From: Selaginella moellendorffii
Taxonomy: Eukaryota; Plantae; Lycopodiophyta
Direction: 5' to 3'
Length of the DNA: 64,000 nt
Assembly (NCBI RefSeq): GCF_000143415.4
Contig: NW_003314267.1
Location: forward strand, 1,985,497 to 2,049,496
Shown piece after piece: positions 24,830 to 38,349 of the stretch. Every line of letters begins with the position of its first letter. The stretch's first letter is position 1. The translations under genes were made by a program, and so were the position numbers. Under the pieces are notes generated by a model. That model was not told the origin of the DNA and did no database searches. It worked only from the letters and a program-made list of their open reading frames with translations.

Positions 24830-25010
24830 CTCAGACTCGAACTCGGACTCGGATTTGGACTCGGACTCAGACTCGGACTTAGACTCGGGCTCAGGCTCGG
24901 TCCCGGTCTCGACCTCGGACTCCCTCTCGGGTCCTTCTCGGACTCCATCTCGGACTCCATCTCGGTCCATCTCAGACTCCATCTCGGGTCCATCTCGGGT
25001 CCATCTCAGA
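24830..25010. repeat. Hexamer/12-mer minisatellite (GACTCG, CTCGGACTCCAT) inside LTR A; related arrays at ~23140-23400, 36830-37130, 39165-39415, 45490-45740
   Basis: Directly visible tandem units; copy number differs between paired LTRs. Confidence 0.9.
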
Positions 25011-28000
25011 CTCTTTCTTGGACACTTCCACGTGTCATGTTTTGGTCCTCTTGTGTCCCCTTTTCTAGAGACTCACTCATGGCTTGCCCCGTGCTTGTTC
25101 CTCGAGCCCTTTGTTGGGAGTTCCACTCCCACTCTTGACCTTTTCAAGTTGGAGCTTTTAGTCCAAACGTGTTATGCTTGTTTGGGTTTCACTTCAGCCA
25201 CTACCACGTGGCGCCCTTTCGGCTTCACTTTGGGGCCTAGGGATTTTGTGTCTCACAACTCCACCACCCATAGATGAAGTTCGATGTCCTCATCGAACGG
25301 TAAACCCTTTTATAAAGTAACACCCACAGGTATTACCATTTCCATCCTTGGCACCAAGCCAATATTTGTCTATGGTTTGACCCCGAAGGCTCACCATGCC
25401 TTGTCCATCCTCTAAGGAGTATAGTCTTTCCAACGTAGAGACTCACTCGACCACCTAGGGTGGTTTGCTCCCTTTTATTGGTTCAGTTCTCGCTAAACCC
25501 GTTAGAGACACTCTCTTTAACTCAATTCCACTACTCATTCTTGAGTAGTCTTAGATTCCATTGACATAACCTTTGCACTTTGGAACTTTTAATTTTGACT
25601 TCTCCGAGTCAATTTCCTAGGTGTCTCCGACACCTTACGTTGCACATAGTGCAACTCCACTTCCTTATCCTAGGAAGTTCTTTACTTGAGGGTACCATCA
25701 TCCTCTCTTCGATATCGTGCCACCTTTGGGCACTAAGTTCCAGTTATCATAATTGGTGCTAGGGCTGCCCACGGCCCTATTATTTGGCTACCTTACCGCT
25801 CCCCCCTTTGGAGCATCCACTTTCTCCAAATCGAAGCGATTGGGAATCCATCCTTGGGGAAACATTGCCTTTCCCACAATCCGTTAGCACCCAACACATT
25901 AGTGTTCTCAACCCAACTTTGCCATTTGGATTCTTTCCCATGATTCTTATGGCTCTTTCCTTAGCCATTAATCTTTTGCTCCTATCCTTGATTATTGCAC
26001 CCAACAACATAGAATCCTTACCTCCATTTTCAATGTTTCCTTTCAGTTCCATAACAAGCACTTTGCTTTGCCAAGTCTAGAGGGTGTTCACCCCTAATAT
26101 GTCTCTTTAATATTTTCTGCCATGGGCTCTATCCACAGCCTAACTTTTGAGACCCTCCCTTGGATCTCTTATAGAGACTACTTTTCTCGGACTTATTATG
26201 CCATATCATTGACATAGCTCATTTCCCTTAGATGTTCTTCCCACTTAGTCACCTTGACCAAACCACACCATTATCAATAGTTCAAATCAACACTTTGAAC
26301 TAGGAATCGTATTCCTTAACCCAAACAAAGACCTTGTCCTTGTTTAGCTATAAGATCACTTAGTGATCTCATCTTGACCCCTTAATAGGTCTACCAATAG
26401 GAACTAGGTCTTCCAGACCCTTCTAAGTTGTTGACTATGACCTTAGGGGCATCCCCCACACTTGGCGGTGCACCCAAGCCAGCCCTTCCAGCTAAGGATC
26501 CATAGCAACTGAGACTAGGTGTCCCCATCTCATTCACCACGTCCTTGGTGCCCTTTGCACCAAAGTGTTCAAGTTAGATATGCCAAGCTTTCACTCTAAG
26601 CAATCTAACCGTGCATCACGACTCCAAGGCATCCCCTGTTTGGCGGTGTGCCCAAGCCAATTTCCTCATTGAGAGTCCATGACCACCAAAATATGAGTGT
26701 CCTCATATTCCAAACCATCACCACGCCCTAATGATTTGGGACTCAAACCCAAGCACTAGAGGGTCGGGACTCGAACCCAACCTTCATATATGCATCTACG
26801 GAAGGCATCATCCAAGATGCCTGGCATGACTCCCCATGTTGGTGCATCAACTTATAGTCAAAGCGCGCTATAGATCACAGCTTAGGAACCTAGTTCCTCC
26901 GCACTGCCAAGTCCTCTTGCTTGACAAATATGTGATCATGCATGGACTCTTCCATGCTCGGTCCCATGGGTTACCCCTTTTGAAGTTAGCACCCTCAACT
27001 AGGGGATTTGTCCCCTTGAATTGCCAATCTCACTTAGCAAGTCATCCGGCCACCGTAATATAGTTCATGCATAAGCGTGAAAGTCCTTAACCACCGACTT
27101 TCGTTCAAAGCCCTCTCTTTGAACACTCGGGAACCACTTCCCCAACCTTGATAGCCTCGCCCCATGGCCAACTTCAAGACTACGCTTCTGCTGCACCACT
27201 CTAATTTCGCACGCTCTAGGAACCATTTACGCTTGGCTTTCTAGGTACTAAGCTACCTAGAATCGTCTTCAGAAACTTTTGAAGGAACTATTTCCCTTAG
27301 CTTGTTAAGGCCTCTCTTTTCGCAAGCTTTTTAGTTGCTATATAGTCTAACATGGACAATTCCATATTTTAGACTCTCCATGACATCACGGTTGCTAGCA
27401 ACAAAACACTTGAGCCCCCACTTGGTTTTCCACTCCCAATTGGCATAACCACCCTTGGTTATACCTTTCGATTCCTATGGTTTGGTTCTATCCCTTTACT
27501 ACTTGTTTTTGGCTTCACACCTTTCCTTCGGTCATTTTCCTTAAGACTAGGAGGATAGCTTTGCACTTTCCATCATGCCTTAGCAAGTATTCTTAGGGAT
27601 GAACTGACCCGATAACCTAGGGAGTGGTTCCTCAATCTAGGTATGCTCACTTTATAATCCCACACACCGGGATTAATATTATTGCTTATTGGCCCTTATA
27701 TGCCCATCACTAGCCTTGCCAAAATTCCATTTTTTGGCTTTGTCCAATTCAGGTAGACAGTTTTCTCCCGTCTTCGCAACCTTGGACATTTGGATAGCAC
27801 CTTCTATCCATTATTCGCTAGGGACTTAGTCCCTTGGGCCTTATCTATTGCTCTCGTGACATCAAACACCACCTCTTGGTGTTCTAGAGTGTTTGGATGT
27901 CCCAAATGATGGCCTCTTTGACAATGAGCATTCCCTTTTACGACATTGACTTACTATTTCGCAACATAAGCAATTTATCCCCCATAAGGGTATATCTAAC

Positions 28001-28216
28001 TTTCTTATGCTATTAAGAAGTTTTTACCTTCTATCAGTTTAACCAATTATCTTGCACCTTTTGCTTATTTGCCTAATAGTTGTCAAGTCCTACAACTCAT
28101 TGCTGGTGCTTCCACACCTCCATCATTGTTTTGGTCACCACTGTCAGGAATCCCCCAATTCTTGCCACATTCCTGACTCTCGCCGGATTCCTGACCTGCA
28201 GACCACATTCCTGATT

Positions 28217-28294
28217 CTCAAGACACTTCCCTATTCCTGACTCTCGAGACACTTCCCTATTCCTAACTCTCGAGACACTTCCTTATTCGAGACT
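28217..28294 (+). repeat. 26-bp tandem repeat in LTR B (3 copies in the 5' LTR, 2 in the 3' LTR)
   Basis: CTCGAGACACTTCCCTATTCCTGACT units account for the 413 vs 387 bp LTR length difference. Confidence 0.9.
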
Positions 28295-29586
28295 TTCTGA
28301 TTCCCTGTACGATTCCTAAGTCTCGAGCCACATTCCTGATATTGATGTGGTGCCTCCTCGACCTCAGCTATATTTAGGCCGTCCACGATCCAAGAGTGGT
28401 GGAGCTTCATCAACCTATAGTATATATAGGTTAGCCTTGTTCCATTTCTCCACAATCTGAATCAACGCCAATCTAAGGCCTTTTCTTTGTTTCCACTAGC
28501 TTTTCTCTTTGTCTTTTGCATTTTCCAATCTTGATCTTGTTGGGGGTCTTGATAGTTTGATTCAGATTGTGTTTTTTGCTTTTGGTTTAGCTCGTTTTGA
28601 TTGTTTGATTGCCTTTGTCTTTTTTCCTTTTTTTTTTTTTCTTTCTTTCTTTTTGCCGATGGAGTCTCCAAGCCATCCTGATTTCTTTGCCGAAGTCCTT
28701 GCAAAAATCCAGTCTGAGAATACTGAGCTGAAGGCGACCCTTCTTCGCATGCAGCAGGAGCTTGCTTCACTTTCGGCTCAAGGATCTAGCAAAGTTCCTG
28801 AACCGAAGGTGAGTTTCCCGGCGAAATTTTCAGGCAAGCGTTCGGAGCTTCGCGGATTTCTGAACCAAATGGAGCTGATCTTTGCACTTCAACATCGGCG
28901 GTACCCCACTCCCGAGTCTCAAATCAGCGTGATTGGGACGTTGCTCGAAGATGCAGCTTTGTCATGGTTTTCTCCTCTTTTGGAGAAGAGCATGAAAGGG
29001 GTCGTGGTTCCAGAGCTGATGGATCTTCAATTGTTCAAAGAGAAGCTCGAAGCATGTTTTGGTGAGACAGATCGGGTTTGGGCTGCTACCACAAAGATGA
29101 GACTCGTCTTGCCTTGATCTACGCTATAGAGTTCCAACTCCTTGCCTTGGACACTCAGTGGGATGAGCGGGCTCTGATTGACCAATTTCATTTCAGCCTC
29201 AACAACGGTGTCAAGGATTTGTTGCTCACCATGGAGGATCCCAAGGACCTGTCGGACGCCATCAACAAAGCTGTTCGATGTGACAATCATCTATTTGAAC
29301 GTCGTCAGGAAAGTCACCGTGCCACTGTTTTTCCGTCCTAGACTCAGGAATCCCAGCTTGAGTCTTTGGGGCATACTTCTGAACCTACTGTTTCGGTCCC
29401 GATGGATATTTCTGGTACTCCCCGACTCATTAGAGGGAAGTTGAGTCCTGCTGAGAAGCAACGTCGAATATCTCATAATCTTTGCCTCTACTGTGCTGAT
29501 CCTAATCACAAAGCAGCTGTGTGTCCCAAGAAGCCTCCCCGTCTGCTCGAGTTCACTCTGCCTCAAAGTCCACCTCTGTTGTAGTC

Positions 29587-29631
29587 GGGAAACGACCCTG
29601 TCCAAACAGAGTAGGAGCTGTCTATTTGGAC
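29587..29631 (+). promoter_or_regulatory. Programmed -1 ribosomal frameshift signal between gag and pol of element B
   Basis: G GGA AAC in the gag frame, 6-nt spacer, stem GTCCAAA/TTTGGAC; the protease ORF is in the -1 frame. Confidence 0.75.
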
Positions 29632-32600
29632 TCCCCGAATAAAAATCATTTTTCTTCTTTATCAAGCTCCTCACCACCTTTCATTAAAGCCACCATCAAT
29701 TCCCGCAACTTCCGTGTCCCATGCCTCCTTTCTTTCACCGGACAATCAGGACTCAAGGCTCTGGCGCTACTGGACTCGGGTGCAACTTCCTGCTTCATGG
29801 ACACGGACTTTGTTGCCCGACATCACATTCCTCTTTCTCCTACCATACAGGATCTGAGGGTTGAAGGCATTGGCGGGCATTTTGTGTCTCCATCTTCTGG
29901 ACTTAGGGAAACGTTGCCCGTTCGAGTACACATCGGGTCCACTGTCACCGATATCGCCTTCAACATCATCAATAGTAAGTCCTCCTTTGTGGTGCTCGGT
30001 CTTCCTTGGTTCCAACTACATCAACCTCAGATTTGTTAGAAGGAATTACAGCTCATCTCTCCCACATCACCATCTCCCACGGCTTCCCCTGCTGTTCATC
30101 GAGTCTGAATCAGGAAAAGTTCCCTAAACTCAAATCGGGGTTCTGTTCCTGACTCTACGAAGTTTTCACCCTCTTCTTTTTCCTCTCTTCCATCTTACAC
30201 TGGACAGTATCCTCGTCTCATCATTCCATTTAGTCGTACACCTCCTCCTATCTCCACAATCACTATGAAAGAACTCCTTCATGAAGAACCTATTTTCCTT
30301 TTTGCTTTGCATGTTTTTCCTGTCAGTCTTACTAAGAAGTATCATGATTTTGGGGATGTTCTTGACAAGAAAAAAGCTAGTGTACTGCCTGTTCATCGGC
30401 CTTATGACTGTCCCATTGATTTACAAGAAGGAGCATCACCTTCATGGGGGCCTATCTACGGGTTATCCCCGTCCAAGCTTAAGGCCCTCAAAGAGTACGT
30501 GGATGAGAACCTTGCCTTGGGATACATTCAGCATTCGCAATCCCCGGCTGGAGCGCTTGTCTTCTTTGTCAAGAAGAAGGATGGGAGTTTGCGGCTAGTC
30601 ATCGATTACCGAGGTTTGAACAAGGTGACTGTTCGGAACCGTTATCCGTTGCCCCTGATCTCGGACCTGTTGGAACGCCTCGGCGGTGCCCGCTTCTTCA
30701 CCAAGATTGACCTCCGTGGCACATACAACCTGATCCGGATCCGGCCTGGTGATGAATGGAAGACTGCATTCCGAACCCGCTATGGCCACTTCGAGTACAC
30801 TGTCATGCCATTTGGCTTGACAAATGCTCCAGCAGTTTTCCAACACATGGCGAACGACGTCTTTTAGGAGTTTCTTGATCAAATGGTGATCGTCTACCTC
30901 GATGACATCCTTATCTACTCAAAAACTCAGGAGGAGCACGACGAACATGTATGCAAGGTGCTGGCGAAGCTGCGAGAACACGGCCTATACGCGAAGCTTG
31001 AGAAATGTTCCTTCGATCAATAGTCTGTGGAGTTCCTTGGGTACATTGTCACTCCTGAGGGTATCACGATGGATCCTGCCAAAGTCAAAACTATTCTTGA
31101 GTGGGAGCCTCCACAATCAATGTCGGACGTTCAGGTTTTCCTTGGCTTCGCCAACTTCTACCGCAAATTCATTGATCACTACTCTGACATTGTCCTTCCT
31201 CTCACGCATCTCACTCGCAAGGATGTTCCCTTCTCTTGGTCTGCTACTGCCCAGCACGCCTTCGACACACTCAAGGCAGCCTTCAGTTCTGCACCCGTTT
31301 TGATCCATGCTGATTCCTCACAACCTTTCTTCATCGAGGCTGACGCCTCTGACTTTGCCATCGGTGCTGTGCTGTCTCAACTCGGAGCAGATCAAGAACT
31401 TCATCCGGTCGCTTTCCATTCTCGGAAATTCCAGCCTGCGGAGATCAATTACAAAATCCACGACAAGGAGCTCCTTGCCATCGTGGATTCCTTTGGAGAG
31501 TGGTGCCGTTTCTTGGAGGGGCGGGCCATCAAACAACAATTTGGATGGATCACAAAAATCTCGAGTACTTTGCCACTTCCCGAGTTTTAAGCCGTCGTCA
31601 AGCAAGGTGGGCACAATTCTTGAGTCGGTTTGACTTTGTTATCAAGTACAGACTGGAAAGCTTCAAGGCCTTCCTGATGCTCTTTCAAGGCACTCCTATC
31701 TCAGTCTCAGGCCTGGTAATCCTGCCTTCGATCAACAGGATCAAGTTATCCTCGGTCCTGATTGGCTTCAAGTTATGGCAATTTCCCTGGCCCCTCAGGA
31801 CTCCTCCTTGATGAATGCAATTAGAAACGATCTTCAATCCGATGATCTCGCTAACGAAATTTTTCCCCATCTTCAAGCTGGACACCCAGTGACTCCCGAC
31901 TGCCGGTGATTTGACGAGTTTGAGTTCCTAGATGGCTTATTATACTGTGGGGAGCAGCTTTACGTTCCTGAAGGTGATGCTCAAAGGTTGGTTCTGATGG
32001 CGTGCCACAATAGCCCGACTGCTAGTCACTTTGGCATTGCGAAAACCTATGAGCTAGTTGCATGGGACTTTTGGTGGCCTCACATAGACGACTACATCAA
32101 AGCTTTTGTTACCTCCTGTGACACTTGCGCCCAAAATAAGGTACCTCGCCACCGTCCTTCAAGTTTGCTTCGTTCCCTTCCGGTCCCTTCAGGTCCTTGG
32201 GAATCCATCTCCATGGATTTTTTGAGTGATCTTCCGAGTTCTGAAGGCTTCAACAGCATTTTAGTCGTGGTGGATCGCTCCTCAAAGATGGTGCACTTCT
32301 TGCCATGTACCAAGGAGTTTTCGGGCGAGGACATGGCAAAATTGGTATTCAGGGAAATTTTCCGACTTCATGGGATTCCTACAGATGTGGTTTCGGATCG
32401 GGGGCCTCAGTTCATCTCTCATTTTTGGCAACGGTTTTTGCAGCGGCTTGGAGTGAAGGCCAACCTCTCTTTGGCATATCATCCTCAAACTGATGGGCAG
32501 TCCGAGCAAACAATTCAGACGTTGGAACAATTTTTGAGGTGCTTCATCAACTATCATCACGATAACTGATTCGATATCCTTCCCCTTGCTGAGTTCTCCT

Positions 32601-35600
32601 ATAACAACTCTGTTCACTCCTCTTTTCGAATTTCCCCCTTCTTTGCAAACTGGCCGAAATCCTCAATTCAATCTCTCACTTCCTTCTCCATCCGAATCCT
32701 CTCATTCAAATCCCCGCTCTGAGGCATTTGTCTCCAACCTCCAGGAAATCCACAACTCCATCTCCTTCCACCTCCATTGTGCTTAGGAATCTCATAAAAC
32801 ATTTGCCAATGTCCATCGTCAGGATTGTCCCCCTTACAATATCAGGGATAAAGTCTGGCTCCTCAGGCAAAATATCTCTACCACCAGGCCCTGTCCAAAA
32901 CTTGATTTCAAACGCCTCGGTCCTTTCCCTATCACTACCATCATTAATCTTGTCACTTATCGCCTTGCACTTCCCTCCTCATATCAAATTCACCCTGTTT
33001 TTCACTCCTCTCTCCTTGAGCCTTATATTCCCAGTCCTATTCCCAATCGGGTCATTCCTCCACCTCCACCAGTGCAGCTCGAGGATGGGTTTGAGTATGA
33101 GGTTCAGGACATCCTTGATTCCAAGATTTCACTGTCTAAACTCTATTATCTGATCGACTGGAAGGGTTACGGACCTGAAGAACGCACTTGGGAACCTGCA
33201 AACAACTTGATTCATTCTCCTGACCTTGTTTAGGACTTCCACCGCCGCTATCCTTCTCGTCCCAGTCCTCATTCTTTTTCTCCATCTCCCATCCCTCGCC
33301 GCTCATCTCATCCTTCTTGTCGTTCTCATTCACACCCTCGTTCCACTCGTTCTTGAGGAGGGGGTGCTATCAGGAATCCCCCAATTCTTGCCACATTCCT
33401 GACTCTCGCCGGATTCCTGACTTGTAGACCACATTCCTAATTCTCAAGACACTTCCCTATTCCTGACTCTCGAGACACTTCCCTATTCCCGACTCTCTGA
33501 TTCCCTGTACGATTCCTAAGTCTCGAGCCACATTCCTGATATTGATGTGGTGCCTCCTTGACCTCAGCTATATTTAGGCCATCCACGATCCAAGAGTGGT
33601 GGAGCTTCATCAACCTATAGTATATATAGGTTAGCCTTGTTCCATTTCTCCACAATCTAAATTAACGCCAGTCTAAGGCCTCTTCTTTGTTTCCACTAGC
33701 TTTTCTCTTTGTCTTTTGTATTTTCCAATCTTGATCTTGTTGGGGGTCTTGACAACCACACTCTACCACATGCCTTCCAGCTTAGGCTATGCCATTCCCA
33801 TTTCCGTTGAGATTCCCTTGGCAAGGGGTTCTTATGAACCCACCAACATAACCTCAAGGTATCACACCTTGGCATATTTGGTGCCTCCACACCATTGGCC
33901 CCACGAGCTTATTCTTATGACACTACTTATTAGTGTTTAGGTCTTTGCCAAGACCAATATAGTTGTTCCTCATGCTAACTATCCGTTAGCACCGCACTAT
34001 AGTGTTTGCACCCAACTCTAGGCCAAAGTTGCTTTCTTCTGGGAACATTTTTCCCACAACTTTAGTATGGCACATTCTGCCATCAATGAGATACCTACTG
34101 TTCTCATACTTGGATCTTATGATTCTACCCATACCTCATAGGAGACCATACAAATCAGTCCAAATGCTTCAACCAATCCCTTAGGACCATTCCCTGACTC
34201 CACTTGAGTCATCTAGCATTTTGGACTTTCCTAATCCAACAACCTACAAGGTCTTAGTCTTCGAGGTGCCAACTCGCTGGAACACAACTTGTTGTATTCA
34301 TGTCCTACTCACAAGGACAATCTTTGCAAGTGTTACTCCGACACTTGATGATTTTCTTGGGGCTAACGTTTGCCCCTTAGGACTATTTGTCCATGTGATG
34401 AAAATAGCAACTCATCTTTAAGTACACCCCCAACTCCTTGGGTTGTTCCAGCATTTATTAGAGGTAACCCCAGCTACCATTTCGAGGACTTGTGTCCTCT
34501 TCTGTATTTGACCTCCCACGGTCACCAATTTCAGTCTCAAATTTATGAGTACCAGCCTCAACTATATAAGGGTAATCTTGTGACTCCTTTATTGTTCTAG
34601 AGTCCGCATCTTTCCCGTGATCCCAACTGTAGTTGTTTACCACAACTACATCAAGCAGTTTGCTAAGTCAAACGCTTATCTGGATCACATCCTCAACTCT
34701 CTGAGGAAACCCTTTGTAGCGCACCTGAATTTGGAGCCGAACTCCAAGCCCGTTGCGCTACGAAACGAGGGTCCGGTACAATCCCACGAGCACCAGCTCC
34801 CCGTATCCAGCACCTGCACGCAAAATGGTGTCAGACGGAGTCTGGCACAATTTTGGCATACCGGTGGCCTAACGCGAGAAGGAGGGTACTCCACCGACTA
34901 GAGCAGCGTGGAGCTTGGGCTTAGACCCAAGCCGGACGCAGAACAAGGAGCGACACAGCCCAGCGGGAGCCAAACTAATGTCTCAGGTGGTCGGACATGC
35001 ATTCCAACCACTATCCCTACTATACATTTGGAACCCCCCACAGCCCCCCCCCCCCCCCTTGAGGGACACACGCTTTGGGCTTTCACCCCAAGCCTCCCTT
35101 AGTACCAGGAGTTAGTCTCTGGGACAAGTCCGAAACTTACTAAATATGGAATGTCCTTAGATTGCGAATTTGGACATGGGATGAACACCATTGTGTTCAG
35201 ACCGATCTCTATATTCCGTAGATATGCCAAATGAGCTAATCTAGACACCTTCCATAAATAGCATTCGGGACTGAAATGAGACCAACACAAAGGGCGTGAT
35301 AGCGAGGGTGTTTGGCAGACACGGTAAGCTATCATCCGGCGATATTGAGGGACTAGTCTCAATATGCGAGGGTTCTTGCCAAGCCAGTGCAAGACAGAGC
35401 AAAAGAGAACTAACAAGCCGGGCCAAGTATGCTTGGCTAAATAGACACTTAGGAATTCCTTCCTTATGCTCATCCGGCCAAGTACAGATGCTAAGTCCAG
35501 TTTACTAACACTTGGACAAGAGGGGCCAATAAAGGGAACCAGCAGTACCGACCTCCTACCGTCATGGCAGTAAGGAAAGAGTGCCCGTAAGGACTGGTCG

Positions 35601-38349
35601 ACAAGTATCTTTCGATACCCGAAGTCACATTCGCGACACCCTTATACTGTTCCCAAGATCCCAAAGTCGTTCCCTTACTGGCCCCTTTTCTATCCACCAC
35701 ATCGCGCCCAAGTTCACATATGAACTTGAGTGGAGAGCCATGTCCTCTCAACATGCTACTCCTCAAGGATAGGCCCACTCCTAGGACCTTCTGATGGCAA
35801 TATCAATGGTGATATACTTGAGCACCAATAAAAGTCAGACTAAGGAACAGCTCTGATACCAAGTTGTAAGCGACAAATTTTTCCATTCTACTTTATTCAC
35901 TTAACCGCACCTCCGACCACTTAGAGGAGTCTCATTCACAACCTCCATAAGTCCCATTTAGGACTTGGGGCTTGCTAGCCCCAAAAATGGCATCCATGCC
36001 ACTCAACCTTTGCACTTGGTCCAAGTGCTCCACGTGTCCGATCCCATAACCGACACCCCAAGGTACCACCGACATATGAGCCCGTTACGCTAGGCCATGC
36101 TCATTCACCTTGGTCACATCGGTGGTCTAACACCACCTGCATTGTAATCCTGTCTCTCCAAGACTGGGCCATCCGTCCATGAGTGATCATCCCAGATCCA
36201 CTCCTTAGCATCCTTAGGATGCCCACAGACATGGGGAATAACCTTCCCCAATATCCCTTTTCCGGTCCCCACCAAATCCCTTTCTGCTCTGGCCGCAATA
36301 CTGCCACTGGATCGAGGCCCACAAGCCTGACCACTAAGTCCCACAGTCCTCTAGGACTTCCTCGCCACATGACTATATCTTGGTCTCTACTCCAGAGGAT
36401 TACTCCTCTTCCTTTCCACAGTCTGGGACTTTGGGACAACATTTCGGAACACCGTAGCCCTACGCGGGCCTCATGGGTACTCTCCCCACCTTCCGCCTTT
36501 AGGTGCTCTAGCCATGGGTTTAGAGCGAGGTTCCATTGAGCCACGCCAGGTATCCAAGTAGGTAGTGCCACCCACACTTGGACTGGGAGCATCGGCCACT
36601 CGATCTCCTGGGGGAACTAGAGCTGGCTCTTGAACACTTTACCAAGCTACCCCATTTGTCGGTCCGTATTCACTCTAGTTTTAGACTTCCCAGTGGGCAG
36701 CTCATCATCTAACACTGGGTACAGCCTTCCTGGGCCAAACTGGCTCCATTGCAGTCCTCCCCCTATTATACTTTTGGAGCTCACCAAACCCCCCAGGGTC
36801 TGGGAGACGAACGCTTTGGGCTTTCACCCACTCAGACTCAAACTTGGACTCGGACTCAGACTCAGGCTTGGACTCGGACTCAGGCTCGGGCTCGGGCTCG
36901 GTCCCGGTCTCGGTCGCAACCTCGAACTCCATCTCGGGTCCTTCTTGGACTCCATCTCGGACTCCATCTCGGTTCATCTCGGACTCCATCTCGGGTCCAT
37001 CTTGGACTCCATCTCGGTCCATTTCGGACTCCATCTCGGACTCCATCTCGGTCCATCTCAGACTCCTTCTTGGACTTCACTCGGTCCATCTCATACCCCA
37101 TCTCGGACTCCATCTCGGGTACATCTCGGACACTTCCACATGTCATGTTTTGGTCCTCTTGTGTCCCCTTTTCTAGAGACTCACTTATGGCTCGCCCCGT
37201 GCTTGTTCCTCAAGCCCTTTGTTGGGAGTTCCACTCCCACTCTCGACCTTTTCAAGTCGGAGCTTTTAGTCCAAACGTGTTATGCTCGTTTGGCTTTCGC
37301 TTCGGCCACTACCACGTGGCGCCCTTTCGGCTCTACTTTGGGGCCTAGGGATTTTGTGTCTCACAGCCCCATCAATGGTATTTATATAAACCTTTGCACT
37401 TGGTCCAAGTGCTCCACATATTCAATCTTATGATCAACACCCCAAAGGTGCTACCAATATATCAACCTGTAACACTAAAACCATATCCATTTACCCTTGT
37501 CTCATTGGTACTCCTAAACTACCCATGCCATAGCCTTGTCTTTCAAAGACTAGGCCATTTGTCCATGAGTGATCATCCTAGAATCACTCTTTAGCATCCT
37601 TAAGATGCTAAAAAACATGGAAAATAACCTTCCTTAACATCCCTTTTTTGGTCCCCACTAAGTCCCTTTTCGTCCCAGTCGTGTTTGCCAATATTGCCAT
37701 TGGATCAGGGCCCAAAGGCATAACCAATATATCTTATTGACCTCTGGGACTTCCTTGCTATATAATTGCATCTTTGGTCACTACATAAAAGGATTGTTTT
37801 TCTTCCTTTCCACAATCTAGGACTTTGGGATAATATTTTGAAACACTTTGGCCCTATATGAGCCTTATGGGTACTCTCCCCACCTTCTGCCTTTGGGTGC
37901 TTTAGCCATATGGCTAGAGCGAGGTTCTAATATGCAACACTAGGTATCTAAGTAGGTAGTACCACCCACACTTAGATTAGGAGTACCATTTGATCTAGAG
38001 CCAACTTTTGAATACTTCACCAAGTTAACTCATTTGTCCATTTGTATTCATTCTAGCCTTGGACTCCTTAATGGTTATATCATCACCTATTATGTGGGTA
38101 TAGCCTTCCTTAATCATATTAACATTTCTTAGCTAAACTGTTTCCATTGGAGTCCTCCCCCTATTATACATTTAGAGCTCACCAAACCCCTTAAAGTCTG
38201 GGAGATGATCACTTTGGGCTTTTACCCTTGGACTTAGATACGGACTCGGACTTGGACTCAAACTCAGACTTGGATTTGGACTCGGTCTCAAACTTAGTCT
38301 CGGTCCCAGTTTTGGTCTCGGTTTCGATTTCTTTCTCGGCCTTGACTTT

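Larger units (their letters stand above)
28142..33754 (+). mobile_element. Element B: full-length but decayed Ty3/gypsy chromovirus (Tcn1/Tf1-sushi-like), nested in A
   Basis: LTRs 28142-28554 and 33368-33754; perfect TSD ACCAC; gag PAKFSGKRSELRGFL, CCHC CLYCADPNHKAAVC, protease LLDSGAT, RT YLDD, RNase H, integrase, chromodomain YEVQDILDS..YLIDWKGYGPEERTWEP; purine tract before the 3' LTR; many stops. Confidence 0.95.
23836..37365 (-). mobile_element. Element A: large LTR retroelement with no recognisable gag/pol (LARD-like)
   Basis: LTRs 23836-25257 and 35865-37365 (TG..CA); TSD GCCTC/GCCCC; tRNA-iMet PBS TGGTATCAGAGC on minus strand (35850-35861); PPT-like GGGTGGTGGAGT next to 25257. Confidence 0.9.

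Noticed and set aside
26736-26782. tRNA gene
   Set aside because: Only T-arm-like hairpins; no acceptor stem, D arm or anticodon arm found.
28217-28294. 26-bp repeats as a possible CRISPR array
   Set aside because: Head-to-tail with no spacers, inside an LTR of a eukaryotic genome.
34590-35500. Possible additional solo LTR inside element A (shares the GCTTTGGGCTTTCACCCC motif)
   Set aside because: Could not define termini or a TSD.
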